Source of the DNA: Tubiluchus corallicola
Taxonomy: Eukaryota > Animalia > Priapulida
DNA length: 64,000 bases
Assembly: GCA_030141605.1 (NCBI GenBank)
Contig: JAQGDQ010000563.1
Coordinates: 1 to 64,000, forward strand
Direction: 5' to 3'
A model generated the notes under the pieces. The model saw nothing but the letters and a program-made list of their open reading frames with translations. It ran no database searches and was not told the origin of the DNA. Each line of letters begins with the position of its first letter. Position 1 is the stretch's first letter. Positions 12,415 through 25,157 of this stretch are shown here, piece after piece. The translations under genes and the position numbers were made by a program.

Positions 12415-12583
12415 AGAATTCTAAACTAACTATTTACACACCATTATGAGTGTCACTGCTGGGAAAATTAAACTTCACAAAGAACATTGACACCAGAGGA
12501 AATAAAATAATGATGTCCAAAGTAGCATTAACCAATATGTCAGTGTCCAAAGTAGCATTAACCAATATGTCAGTTTTACATAC

Positions 12584-12659
12584 CTTCAGCATCATCAAAG
12601 CTCCCATTGTGAATGGACTGAAGACGGTAAGAAAACAGTAAACAGATGCAGGATCAAAA
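12584..12659 (-). CDS. PIGN: PIGN exon: [25 protein letters not shown]
   Basis: tttacag / gtatgt boundaries; strongly conserved PIGN motif. Confidence 0.95.
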
Positions 12660-12759
12660 CTGTAAATAAATACACAGTACATTATGAATAGGAATCACAT
12701 AAACAGATGCAGGATCAAAACTGTAAATAAATACACAGTACATTATGAATAGGAATCAC
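12639..12759 (-). repeat. 61-bp tandem duplication spanning a PIGN 3' splice site
   Basis: Units at 12639 and 12700; acceptors at 12660-12661 and 12721-12722. Confidence 0.93.
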
Positions 12760-12879
12760 GATCTTAAACGATAAATTGATGTACAGACAAAGTATGAATA
12801 TACTCTTATGATACAAATAGTTTCTCTTGACTAATCTATAATAGGTTATAATAGGTTATAATCTATAATCTTTCAACCG

Positions 12880-13400
12880 TCCATAAGTTGGCATACTGAA
12901 AATTACGTTATGACGCTTCAAAGTAGAATACACCAAAAATTGGGTCAAATGTTGACTAAATAATTGGACTTTTGTATTTTGGCATCAAATTATCAAGAAA
13001 ATGTTTAAAACATGTTAAAAATCTAACCCCCTAACCACTTTTCTGGCTAGAAACTAGTCATGGTATTATAAAAAAATTGTATTTTCAAACTCTGATAGTA
13101 GTTACTGGAAGTAGTTATTTTGCTTCGGTTTTTCTGCTGCCAAGCCAGATATTCGTCAGAAAGAGCCATCTACTGGATTTAAACATAACTGCAATGTGTT
13201 CTTGTAATGTTAAGTGTTTTGTAGAGACGCGACAAAAAACAATGGCTAACAGCGATTTTCTCAAGATTATGTTTTTCAGTGCACAGCCTGCACCTCAACT
13301 TCAATGTGGATTATCTCAACTTAGAAATAACTTAGAGTGATGAACTTGGTATCAAAATGATCCTCATGAAATGGTGATTCAGGATATGTGAATAACTAGA
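12880..13400. mobile_element. Dispersed non-coding repeat (DNA-transposon-like); related copies at 1-45, 1820-2260 and, inverted, 57780-58290
   Basis: Shared text gattttctcaagattatgttttt...gtggattatctca...ggtatcaaaatgatcc...gtgaataactagaa. Confidence 0.7.
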
Positions 13401-13435
13401 AGATTTCAGAACCATATCTAGCTTCTACATGAGGG

Positions 13436-14057
13436 CAACGGCGTCCCGTAATGGGTGTTTTCCCATACTCGGCGACGGCATCCCGTAACGGGTGTTTTCC
13501 CGTACTCGGCAACGGCGTCGCGTAATGGGTGTTTTCCCGTACTCGGCGACGGCATCCCGTAACGGGTGTTTTCCCGTACTCGGCGACGGCGTCCCGTAAT
13601 GCGTGTTTTCCCGTACTCGGCGACGGCATCCCGTAACGGGTGTTTTCCCGTACTCGGTGATGGCGTCCCGTAATGCGTGTTTTCCCGTACTCGGCGACGG
13701 CATCCCGTAACGGGTGTTTTCCCGTACTCGGCAACGGCGTCGCGTAATGGGCGTTTTCCCATACTCGGCGACGGCATCCCGTAACGGGTGTTTTCCCGTA
13801 CTCGGCAACGGCGTCGCGTAATGGGCGTTTTCCCGTACTCGGCGACGGCATCCCGTAATGGGCGTTTTCCCATACTCGGCGACGGCATCCCGTAACGGGT
13901 GTTTTCCCGTACTCGGCAACGGCGTCGCATAATGGGTGTTTTCCCGTACTCGGCGACGGCATCCCGTAACGGGTGTTTTCCCGTACTCGGCGACGGCGTC
14001 CCGTAATGCGTGTTTTCCCGTACTCGGCGACGGCATCCCATAATGGGTGTTTTCCCG
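13436..14057. repeat. 37-bp GC- and CpG-rich minisatellite, about 17 copies
   Basis: Unit cggcgacggcatcccgtaacgggtgttttcccgtact. Confidence 0.95.
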
Positions 14058-14409
14058 GACTCAATTCCAGATTTTTCCAAAATTTTGAGTGAACAGCTTG
14101 TAGAAAAAACATTCTAGTTGCGCCTGGTGGGACTCCTGGAAGTGGATATATAGCTCTTTGGATGTACGGTTTTTTCGAGTCTCCTCCATCAAGAAGAGTG
14201 GCGATGAGTTGATTGGAGGTTCCATTTCGGAAGATTACCGCTTATAAAACTGCTAACGCGAAGCCATTGTTCTGACGTCATCCATTGTACTCTGACTGTT
14301 AATTTTACGTCAGTAAAAGCTGCTGCTGGCCGTGCATTATAAGTCAACACTATGTAGGATGTTCACGCATTATCGATTATAAGTGCTATTAGACATTATT
14401 GTAGCTTAC

Positions 14410-14561
14410 CTGTTTAGGCTAGCAATGTTTCCTGTACCAAAGAAAGCAAGAGTGATGAAGAAAAGATAAAAACAGCTGCATCTCACATCAGACAGGCATA
14501 AATACCTGTTCAAGTTTTCCATTGTGTATCTTTTCTTCGGTTTAAAATCAACACTTGTCAA
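14410..14561 (-). CDS. PIGN: PIGN exon: LTSVDFKP...LAFFGTGNIASLN
   Basis: AFFGTGNIAS signature; ttttcag / gtaag boundaries. Confidence 0.95.
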
Positions 14562-15024
14562 CTGAAAACAAAAAAAAACTACTAAGTCAATTTACACAGG
14601 CACTTCAAAGAATATTATTATTAAAACGACACAATTTTTGTTAAAAACCTTAATTTACAACAGTTTAAAAAACACGTCAAAAGTTTCAACAGCAATCAGC
14701 TGTCATCATCAGTGGTATACTATACAAATAACAACCAGTTTATATATGTAAACTAAAAAGCCTTCTCTTAATGTGCAAAGTAGTTCAATTCTATTAACTT
14801 TATTTTCAAACACTTAGCTATCTGCTATCTGTGTGGTAATAATTCTTTCACGTAGGTCATTTTTGAAAAAATACTACGTTCCCCTTCAATATTCTGAAGA
14901 GTAGATTATTGTGACCTATTGTTTAAGATTGGGTCCGGTTTTGTTTTAACCTAATTCAAGAATAAAATATAAAAAATTCAAAAATTCAATGGAATACAAG
15001 ATACAATTGGAATAAGTTTCTTAC

Positions 15025-15115
15025 TTGAGTAAAACGTGTGTCGCTGATGCGATGCTCTATGAGTAGCCAGCAGCAGAGCAGACAGCACAAGGATAAGCAG
15101 AATAGTCCTTCATAA
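15025..15115 (-). CDS. PIGN: PIGN exon: YEGLFCLSLCCLLCCWLLIEHRISDTRFTQ
   Basis: YExLF...WxxIE motif; tttag / gtaag; phase 2/0. Confidence 0.9.
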
Positions 15116-15279
15116 CTAAAAAATGCATCTATCAATAACAAATATGGTAAAACTATCATTTTTGGCTAAAGTTTACAATTCCCACATACAAGAAATTAGT
15201 TTGTGAAGCAGATTAGGATTAGGATTAAGGTTAGCCACATACAAAACATAACTTGTGAGTCAAACAAACCTTGACACTT

Positions 15280-15905
15280 GACCCGTGAACCATGACCCGT
15301 GATCGTGACATGTGAACCATGACTGTGAATCATGACCCGTGAACCACGACCCGTCAACCACAACCCATGAATTGTGACCCGTGAACCATGACTTATGAAC
15401 TATGACCTGAACCATGACCTGTGAACCATGACCCATGAACTATGACCCGTGAATCATGACCTGTGAACCATGACCCGTGATCATGACATGTGAATCATGA
15501 CCCGTGAATTGTGACATGTGAATCATGACCTGTGACCCATGACCCGTGAACCACGACCAATGAATTGTGACCTGTGAACCATGACCCATGAACCATGACC
15601 CGTGAACCATGACCCGTGAAACATGACCTGTGAACTGTGAACCATGACCCGTGAACAATGACCCGTAAAACATGACACGTGAACCATGACCCGTGATCGT
15701 GACCCGTGAACCATGGCCTGTGAACCATGACCCGTGAACCATTACCTGTGAACCATGTTGCGTGAATCATGACCTGTGAACCGTGAACCATGACCCGTGA
15801 TCGTGACATGTGAACCATGACCGTAAACCATGATCCGTGAACCATGACCCGTAAACCATGACCCGTGAACCATGACCTGTGACCCATGACCGTGAATTGT
15901 GACAC
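15280..15905. repeat. Degenerate 14-bp (2x7) minisatellite
   Basis: Unit tgacccgtgaacca. Confidence 0.92.
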
Positions 15906-15971
15906 ATGAACATTAAATGTTGACAGAAATTGTGAAAATGACATAAAAAAAACTGCAAAACATCAACATAC

Positions 15972-16074
15972 CTGGTACTGAGAAGTATGTAAACCATGAG
16001 CAGTGACAATAAAACCGTGAATAATCTTAGCACAACCTTTGTAGAACTTAAGAAAGGAAATAAGACTGAACTAC
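15972..16074 (-). CDS. PIGN: PIGN exon: SSVLFPFLSSTKVVLRLFTVLLSLLMVYILLST
   Basis: ttgtag / gtatg; phase 1/2; PIGN-like RL...YxLLS. Confidence 0.9.
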
Positions 16075-16134
16075 CTACAAAATGAAAACAAACAGCGAAG
16101 TGATATGAAAAAAACGTTAAAGGAAAAGTCAACG

Positions 16135-16470
16135 CTTCTAGGAGGTTAGGCTTATTTCAATGTTCGCGAAAAATATTAGGATTTAGTAATGAAACTGCAA
16201 TAAGCGCCTCACGTAACTATAGTAAAGTCAGTTTAAAGTTACGATCACTTCAGGCTAGGACGCTCAAATTTCCAATACCCATTCTTCTTCCAATGACGTC
16301 ATTCGTCTTGAAGAAAAGTAGCGCACTGTCAATTTTTGTCAAAAGTGTAATAAATTTTTATAAAAGCATCAGATAGCTGATTTCGTACCATTTTTGTATA
16401 AACATTAGGCAAGCTACAGAAGTTTGAATTAATTTAACCAGCGAGCGCTTACGGAAAGTCTCGACGCGCT
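16135..16470. mobile_element. Dispersed repeat; inverted copy at about 830-1145
   Basis: ttctaggaggttag...caatgacgtcattcgtcttgaagaaaa...gcgcactgtcaat is the reverse complement of sequence in the first Acinus intron of the window. Confidence 0.7.
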
Positions 16471-16761
16471 TATGAAAATTCACGAAGTCTCCCAGTTACG
16501 TCATAATTTTCAAGTGAATGGCGGCAACCACCACATCTGAGAATTTCTATTCAGAACTAGTATGTTTTAAATTTATGCTTTATAGGCAGTTCTTTGCAAA
16601 TTTCTTTGTTATAAGTTTTTAAGTTTAAGTGATAACAGTAAAATAAACATAACATACTGAGTGACTTGTTCTTTCCTTTAATGAAAAACATGTAAGAAAC
16701 TTGAAAAGAACATTTGCAAACATATAATACATGATTAACACAATATCATTGCGAAACTCAC

Positions 16762-16870
16762 CTAAAATTGACCAACTAATGATGCTGTTGATAGGCGGTA
16801 ATCCTTGTTTATTTTTCAAACTTCGTGATGTTGACCAAACAACAATTGTTGCAACCACAATAAGCAATGC
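16762..16870 (-). CDS. PIGN: PIGN exon: ALLIVVATIVVWSTSRSLKNKQGLPPINSIISWSIL
   Basis: SLxxKQGLP motif; atttag / gtgagt. Confidence 0.92.
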
Positions 16871-17333
16871 CTAAATTCAACATTCTCACATTTATTATAA
16901 TTATAAATTAAAATATAATGCTTCCCAATAAAGTTACTTTTCTGGATAAAATGTACGGATAAGAAAGTTTGTAAAAACGACAGACTTTGTTATAGTTTTG
17001 GTTTAGTTTAGTTTATACACACCTATTAGTACATAAAACAACATTCATAAAAAAATAAAAATCACTCTATGCACAGACAAATGCATAATTAAGCAAAGTC
17101 CACATAAAACAACTGAAGTTACTGAACTGTTGCCGCTGATGGTTTTGCTTTACACACGTCATGTGACGGTTGCAGTTAAGTTGCATTGCATTAAACTTAA
17201 CCTCTGACCTATAGCAACTGCTCATGCATACAATGAAACTGTGGAAAGGCTTCATTCCTCCATCGAAGAAAATTTCTTGCATCTGTTACATCTGTATTAA
17301 TAAGCTATTACTCATGTGATCACATTTTATTAC

Positions 17334-17397
17334 CTGGATTACATTGAGAACTAGCACCTTCCTTCGCTCATTTCCAGTAATGACCGATGCCGTGACC
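17334..17397 (-). CDS. PIGN: PIGN exon: VTASVITGNERRKVLVLNVIQ
   Basis: tttcag / gtaat; phase 2/0 bridges the neighbouring exons exactly. Confidence 0.78.
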
Positions 17398-17464
17398 CTG
17401 AAACAGTTTTAAAGACAATTTCACTAATGCAACTTGGAGGTTAAGAAAATGAAATTCAGCCAAA

Positions 17465-18803
17465 AAACAAACCAGCACCCAAATGCATACACAAAGTTTT
17501 TTCATTTGTTTAGAAAAAACCAACCAGCACCCAAATGCATACACAAAGTTTTTTCATTTTGTTTAGAAAAAACCAACCAGCACCCAAATGCATACACAAA
17601 GTTTTTTCATTTTGTTTAGAAAAAAACAAACCAGCACCCAAATGCATACACAAAGTTTTTTCATTTTGTTTAGAAAAAAACCAACCAGCACCCAAATGCA
17701 TACACAAAGTTTTTTCATTTTGTTTAGAAAAAAACCAACCAGCACCCAAATGCATACACAAAGTTTTTTCATTTTGTTTAGAAAAAAACAAACCAGCACC
17801 CAAATGCATACACAAAGTTTCTTCATTTTGTTTAGAAAAAAAACAAACCAGCACCCAAATGCATACACAAAGTTTCTTCATTTTGTTTAGAAAAAAAACA
17901 AACCAGCACCCAAATGCATACACAAAGTTTTTTCATTTTGTTTAGAAAAAACCAACCCAACCAGCACCCAAATGCATACACAAAGTTTTTTCATTTTGTT
18001 TAGAAAAAAAACAAACCAGCACCCAAATGCATACACAAAGTGTTTTCATTTGTTTAGAAAAAAACAAACCAGCACCCAAATGCATACACAAAGTTTTTTC
18101 ATTTTGTTTAGAAAAAAACAAACCAGCACCCAAATGCATACACAAAGTTTCTTCATTTTGTTTAGAAAAAAAACAAACCAGCACCCAAATGCATACACAA
18201 AGTTTCTTCATTTTGTTTAGAAAAAAAACAAACCAGCACCCAAATGCATACACAAAGTTTTTTCATTTTGTTTAGAAAAAAAACAAACCAGCACCCAAAT
18301 GCATACACAAAGTTTTTTCATTTTGTTTAGAAAAAAAACAAACCAGCACCCAAATGCATGCACAAAGTGTTTTCATTTGTTTAGAAAAAAACAAACCAGC
18401 ACCCAAATGCATACACAAAGTTTTTTCATTTTGTTTAGAAAAAAAACAAACCAGCACCCAAATGCATACACAAAGTGTTTTCATTTGTTTAGAAAAAAAC
18501 AAACCAGCACCCAAATGCATACACAAAGTTTTTTCATTTTGTTTAGAAAAAAAACAAACCAGCACCCAAATGCATACACAAAGTGTTTTCATTTTGTTTA
18601 GAAAAAAAACAAACCAGCACCCAAATGCATGCACAAAGTGTTTTCATTTGTTTAGAAAAAAAACAAACCAGCACCCAAATGCATACACAAAGTGTTTTCA
18701 TTTTGTTTAGAAAAAAAACAAACCAGCACCCAAATGCATGCACAAAGTGTTTTCATTTGTTTAGAAAAAAAACAAACCAGCACCCAAATGCATACACAAA
18801 GTG
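17465..18803. repeat. 53-55-bp minisatellite, about 25 copies
   Basis: Unit aaaccagcacccaaatgcatacacaaagttttttcattttgtttagaaaaaaac. Confidence 0.96.
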
Positions 18804-19145
18804 TTTCCGCGTGTTCCAAGGTCACTACTAATCATACCACCAAATGAAAACCCACATATAAGCTCCTATTCGTCTCCAAAAGATGGTCAAGCATCTATCT
18901 GTGAAGCCTTCAAAATTCAGGACCCTTTCTTGACCCTTTATTGTCCGGGGGGACAGCGGGACAGAATGCAAAATCTTATAAAAATGTCCAAAACTCTGTT
19001 ACACTGACCTAAAGAATCATTCCTGAAAGTTCGGCAGCTGTATCCAGTCAGCCCCGTTTCATCAAAATTTGGCCTTAACAGACTGGGCTATTTCTTATTT
19101 GTTTATAAATCAGACATTATATACCATATAAGAGAAATGGTTTAC

Positions 19146-19196
19146 CTAGTTGTAACGTATGCAGTCAGGATAACAGAGATTACTCCTGTAAGAACT
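19146..19196 (-). CDS. PIGN: PIGN exon: VLTGVISVILTAYVTT
   Basis: ttag / gtaaa; phase 2/2; transmembrane segment at the expected position. Confidence 0.78.
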   Translation of the reverse strand, partial: SSYRSNLCYPDCIRYN

Positions 19197-19867
19197 CTAA
19201 AAAGAACAAAATTATATTAAAGAACAACATCAAGCTTTATATATAAATGTTGAATGAATTAAGACATTTCTGTAGCATCTTACAGAAAACATTAAAGAAA
19301 AACAGGATGATTTTTGATATCCTACCCTATTTTCAAGTCCGTATACATAGTAAGTATAGTAAGGATAGTAAGTATACATTTTAACACAATTAATACTGCA
19401 AAAGCATTTCTGATAATTAAATAATAGATCAAAAACTATCTGTGTCACATGTGTGCCGGACATACATTCAGCTCATAACCATGGAAACCAATAACATGGT
19501 GATTTAAAGTGTTTTGGCAGTTTTGCAGCATTTTGAGTAACATGGAGCAAAATTATTAGTGCGAATTTACCATAATGAATATTCTGATTGCCTAAAGTAG
19601 TGTTAAGCTAATTTGTTTGACACCTTGCGCAATAGGGTTAGCCTGTTCCGAAGTTGACTCATTGTTAATTAGGTGATACATATTTTCTCACAATAGCAAA
19701 CGATAGAGCTTTTGCATACGGATTCAATCTGCACGGCTTCATGTAAACTCCATAAATAATTCGTCTCAACATCAGTACAGACAGGCCATGCACCGTTGTA
19801 AAATAAATTACATACTTAGATAACAGTGTTAAACTGACACTGGTGTTAAAACACGTGAAACACTTAC

Positions 19868-19959
19868 ACGAAAACAAAGTTAGAATCTCTTCCTACGACA
19901 GGCAGCAATGGAAATACTGCAGTGACTAGACAAGACACAGTCCAACCCAACACGATCTT
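19868..19959 (-). CDS. PIGN: PIGN exon: KIVLGWTVSCLVTAVFPLLPVVGRDSNFVF
   Basis: W...AVFPLxPVVGR motif; ttgtag / gtaagt. Confidence 0.93.
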
Positions 19960-21235
19960 CTACAAAATAAACCAGAACAATCAGCAATACGACATATCAA
20001 ACCATTTCAGACGTATCAGGCAGGGATGAGAATGACAAATTGGAAAAAACTCTGAAACGGGCTGGGGGTTTAGGGGCAGTGTAGGCCTCCCATGGGGGTT
20101 CAAGGGGGGCAAAGCCGCCTTGGAGCCAGCAACAAATTGCAATTTTGTGACCATAGAGAGCCTCTAAGTGGAATTAAAATATCAGTTACCTTGTTTCATG
20201 CATAATTTAAAATACCCAACTATCAAGGATACATGATACCTAATTGTCTCAAAAACGCCTAAGTACTGGCCGCTCCTATGCAAAAGTATATAAAAACTGT
20301 CTGTAATTGACTCAAATAACTCTACACAATTGATTCTATATTTTTATACATAGAGATATACACGTGGTTACACTGATGTACGTGATGTAAACAAAGTGAC
20401 GGCCTGCCAACTAGCGGTCAGCTTGTGAAACAATGTACCGGGTCTGTAAAAATTTTCTCAACGAATTTATGCGATTTACAAAAATGATACTACTGGTCTT
20501 CCAAAAACTCGGAATTCCGCGTATTCAATTCAACAGTCTGTTAATTTATATTTACACTGTAATTGTATTTTTGTGTTGAAGAAATAAATACAAATACAAA
20601 TACAATTATATAAATACAAATTTCATAATGACTTCTGGTATTTCTTTTTAAATTATGAAGTGTTTAGAGGAAAACCGGATGATCGAGTAGACATTAATTC
20701 AAAATGAAGTATGCTCTCTAAAAATATTCAAAACTAGAACAGGTTTTTTTGAAATCAAACTTAGGGATTGAATAATAATTACCTTGGATACTTAAATTTG
20801 GTTAAAATTTCAAATTTTAGCAAATCTACTAAGACTGGCAATGGTGCCTTTTTGTCAAATTTGTGTGACCGATAAATAGGTGCAGTACAGTGATAAGCAT
20901 GATCAGGAACTGCAGTGTTCGTCTGTGATGTCAGTGTAACGTAGAGCTCATTTTTGTGACATCATTTCAGCATCTTATAGAAACCTTCACTTATGCAAAC
21001 CTGCTTGACGCTCAGGGAAGATATCTATCATTGCACAAACTGTGGTTAGTTTGTGATGTAAGCAATAGCTGTGTTCGGTTGCCATTAATTAACTTTCCAA
21101 GGTAATTATTTAAATATTACAAACAAATGCAAACTTTTATAGGCAACAAAATGTATTTTCCGGACAGTAAATTAAAATTAAAATCAGATTGAGTCTAATC
21201 AATCAGCCGGTTTCCTTTAAATTATGAAAAATTAC

Positions 21236-21328
21236 CAGATATTGTTCTTGAGAATAAGAGACCAATGGCCACAGTCCAATACAAACAAGCCCTATAGACA
21301 ATATGTGTCGATAGAAAAATGATAAAAC
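21236..21328 (-). CDS. PIGN: PIGN exon: VLSFFYRHILSIGLVCIGLWPLVSYSQEQYL
   Basis: VLSFFYR...WP motif; ttgtag / gtaat. Confidence 0.93.
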
Positions 21329-21878
21329 CTACAAAACAAAACAAACTTCGAGTTACAAAACGATTTTAGAATTGAAATTAATAAAATCATAAAACACCAT
21401 ATTAATTCCCTTCATAGATATAAATTATTGCATAATGAATTAAACACAATTCAAAACTGCATCAAGCACATATAATGATTATGAATCTTACTAATGTGGC
21501 TAAGTAGCCAAAGTTGTCAAGCAGATTTAGGGAATGCTCGAATGGTAAGGGGCAGTGCACATTCGACTGTGTTAACACTTGTGTGCAAACAATATGAAAG
21601 AAAGTTTCTGGGTGTTTGAATTCTGTTAATCCAGTGAAATTTCTTCACATCGACAGAGCGGCACTGCAGTTCTGTCAGGGGCAGCTCTAGGTAGTTTCAC
21701 GTTCTAGGCAAAAAGTATTTTTAGCACCCCCCTCCTCAATGGTCAACCCCTTCCCCCCACAGTCCGAACCACACCCTCAATGTTAAATTTTTCTCGTATA
21801 ATATTATAACAAAGTGTGATGGTACCTGTGTGTTAGGCTTATACATGTATATAGTGCACTGACTAAGTGTAGTTAATT

Positions 21879-22392
21879 CAGAGATGAGAACAACAAATTG
21901 CAAAAAACTCTGAAACAGGCCGGGGGTTTTGGGGCCGCCTAAGCCCCCCAATGGGGTTAAGAGGCAAAGCCCCCTTGGAGCCAGTAACAAATTGCAATTT
22001 TGTGACCATAGAGAGCCTCTCAGTAGACTTAAAATATCAGTTACCTTGTTTCGTGCATAATTTAAAATACCCAACTATCAAGGATACATGATACCTGATT
22101 GTCTCAAAAACGCCTAAGTACTGGCCGCTCCTATGCAAAAGTGTATAAAAACTGTCTGCAATTGCCTCAAATAACTCTGCACAATTGATTCTATATTTTT
22201 ATACATAGAGATCTACACGTGGTTACACTGATGTACGTGATGTAAACAAAGTGACGGCCTGCCAACAAGCGGTCAGCTTGTGAAATAATGTACTGTATCC
22301 GTAAAATTTTCTCAACGAATTTATGCGATTTACAAAAATGGCACTACTGGTCTTCCAAAAACTCGGAATTCCGAGGAAAATTCTCATCCCCG
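21879..22392. mobile_element. hAT-like MITE with 8-bp TSD; 3'-truncated second copy at 20021-20519
   Basis: AGTTAATT|CAGAGATGAGAA...TTCTCATCCCCG|AGTTAATT. Confidence 0.85.
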
Positions 22393-23028
22393 AGTTAATT
22401 ACCTTCTATAACTTGTGCTGATCGAATTTGAAATTGAATTTATGACACCACTGCATTCTGTATGACTCACCAGCTTTTTTACCTTTCATTTCCTCTATTC
22501 GGTTTATATGAGTTAGATATATCAGACCAAAGTTAGATAACTACTATTGTAAAATTTGTTTTTTTAAAACTCATAATAGAAACTGGAGCCGAAAGCAGAG
22601 CAATGAGTCTTTAATATCATTAAGTAATGCCTGTGCGAAATGACGTAATCTCTGAAAACCAGAAAAAGGCAAAGTGTTTTGCTACGGTAAGACATGTGCT
22701 GCCATCTATGAAAACCAGAAATAGGCAAAGTGTTTTGCTACGGTAAGACATATGCTGCCATCTATGAAGTACACATTTCGACAAGAAAAGTGTCCTTTCA
22801 ATTAATTAGTATTGTGTACATAAGGAAAGCAAGTGCCTAGTTTGCCTAGAGATAGAGCCGGCATTGAGTTCTGGTGTTAACTTGAAGAACTAACCCTGTT
22901 CCATTACTCGTATTTGTCTTACTTATTGTACTATGAGTAAGTGATGATACTAATAAAAGAAAAAAGTCTTTATATGCAAAGTACTGTCCACTTTTCTGAA
23001 GTTAAAATAACGTTAAAAAGCCACTTAC

Positions 23029-23131
23029 TAAAGTTTGTACAGCTAATATGGTGAGTATCACAATTAATGCAGCCTTGATAGCAAGTTGATTTAATGCTAT
23101 GTATTTCATTGCATCAACAAATATACATTTC
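23029..23131 (-). CDS. PIGN: PIGN exon: KCIFVDAMKYIALNQLAIKAALIVILTILAVQTL
   Basis: tttcag / gtaagt; phase 2/0 bridges the neighbouring exons. Confidence 0.82.
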
Positions 23132-25157
23132 CTGAAAAGAAAACAAACAGCTATTTAAACTTTTTACTGATAGTAGAAAATCTCGCAATAACAGTTGAAA
23201 ATCGAATCATTTATTGCGGCTAAAATCACTTCTAATTCAGTGACTTGACTACTAGAATTCTTGCTTTAAGGAAAAAAAGTTTTTTTTATCATATGCTGAC
23301 CTACTTTCAAAGTATACACAGGAAAGTATACATTTTAGCATTTACAGAAACTCCAGTGTTTCTGATAATTAAACATTAACTTGAAAACTTAATTTAAACT
23401 TAATTTAACTAAACTGATGTCAACATAGCACAATCTATTATCTTTCTTCCTACCATTTCTACTAACACATCCTTCTACCCTTCCTGTGTGATCTAACCTT
23501 TCTCCTAGTTCTTTTTTGTTCACTCATCCATTTTTTTTATCGGGTTCACATGACAGTGGGCTTATACAAGCCTTTGCTTCTCTAGCCCACTGCAGTACAA
23601 TTATTCTTTTATGATAACGATAGTGTATGAAACATAACAATTTGATACAGTATGATGTAATAATTTTGATGTCAGTGTGAGCTTAATGTTATTATATTGT
23701 ACTGAATGTGATAATAATTATAAATAAAAAGAAAATAATTAGCAACTGGCGAAATGATGCGATGAGGAATGAAAAAAAGTTTTACGGAACAGAAACATTC
23801 CATCAGCATTTCGTTGCAACAGCGAAAATTGAAATTCAGTGTTGTACGTACAACGTTGACCGCGATACACTAAGATAATTTGTGTTTAAAAATTTGAATT
23901 TTATGAGGCGTATCAAGGTGGAGGTACAGGGAGCAACCGCACAGGGGCACAAGGGTGAGAGGCCGCAAAATTCTTGTAGAGTTCAATGACTGTTAATTAT
24001 TAATTATAGATCCTACATTAACGAAACAATTATCAAAAATTTTCAAACTTCAGCAAAATTGCCTAGTCAGAGATCATTGTAGCTTAATTACTACATACAT
24101 CTTACAAAAAAGACTAAAGTTGTTACTTAATGGTATGTATTGGGTGTCGTGTGGCTTAGCAGATTGATAATTTTGGGAGAAACAGTGACGTTTCTCTAAA
24201 TGCAGATTGTATTATTGTGAAAACCTGCAGTGTTCTGTATCTTTCATAATCTTTGCATGTTTTAATGCTGGAGCTGAATGTTTAATGACTGTCGTGTTAT
24301 GAGCAACTAATGCATAGAAAAGAGTTACTCTGCTGCAGTACCACAAGTCAAACTCAGGGTCATTCTTAGAGAAAATTCATTTATCTTTATCCCATCACGC
24401 CGAGAAAGGAAAGTAGGGCTCAGAGACGCATAAGACGTGCAAAATTTGTGGCTTCACCCAGGAAACAAATGATCAAAACATTAAAGGGGTAGGGCGCTAG
24501 AAGTCTTTTTGCCCCCAGGAACCACAACTACTCGCTACACCAATGGTTTACCACTGCGGCAACACAAAAGTTTGCAAATGTTTCAATGCTTCTGTGCAAT
24601 GTGTTTCCGAGATACAACGTTAGTGTCCATGTAACTGGAATGGCAGATATATGCAGGAAACCAGCGATGCGAATGCAAAATTATGTTTCTGCAGTAATAA
24701 TTCTTTCAGATAAGTAGCAGTGTCCTAGCTAATAGGACAGCGGGGGGGGGGGGGGGGGGGAGTAACCTAACCTCCCCCTGAACACATTTTTCAAAATTGG
24801 TGCCTTTCCGACAGTTTTTTAACGTTTCAGTTAATTTGTGTGACAACAGTCAAATCTTTTCTTTTATTTTGTAATCGCACGGCCTTGGAAGAATTTTCTG
24901 GAATCAATTTGACCAACCTGCTTCCCCTGCTTTTAAAACGAGCGTGCATTTACATGACTCATTTGTCAAGGTTGAGTGACTGGACCAAGAGTGACGGAAC
25001 CCTAAATCTAATTATTATAACATATTCTTGTCACATGCTGATACTGTATGTTGCTGCATAGACAAACATGTAATTGCTTCACGTGTCACGGTGCCTTTTT
25101 ATGTGCTTGCTCCCCTTTATTTTACAACCTGGATACGCCCCTAATAAGTAGTTCTTA

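Noticed and set aside
13436-14057. 37-bp palindromic repeat as a CRISPR array
   Set aside because: Units are directly adjacent with no unique spacers, there are no cas genes, and the context is a eukaryotic intron.
11471-18831. Repetitive ORFs at 11.5-12.4, 13.4-14.1, 15.4-15.9 and 17.4-18.8 kb (also 29-30, 32-33, 35.7-36.2 and 63.4-63.8 kb)
   Set aside because: Translations of intronic or intergenic minisatellites, open in several frames and on both strands.
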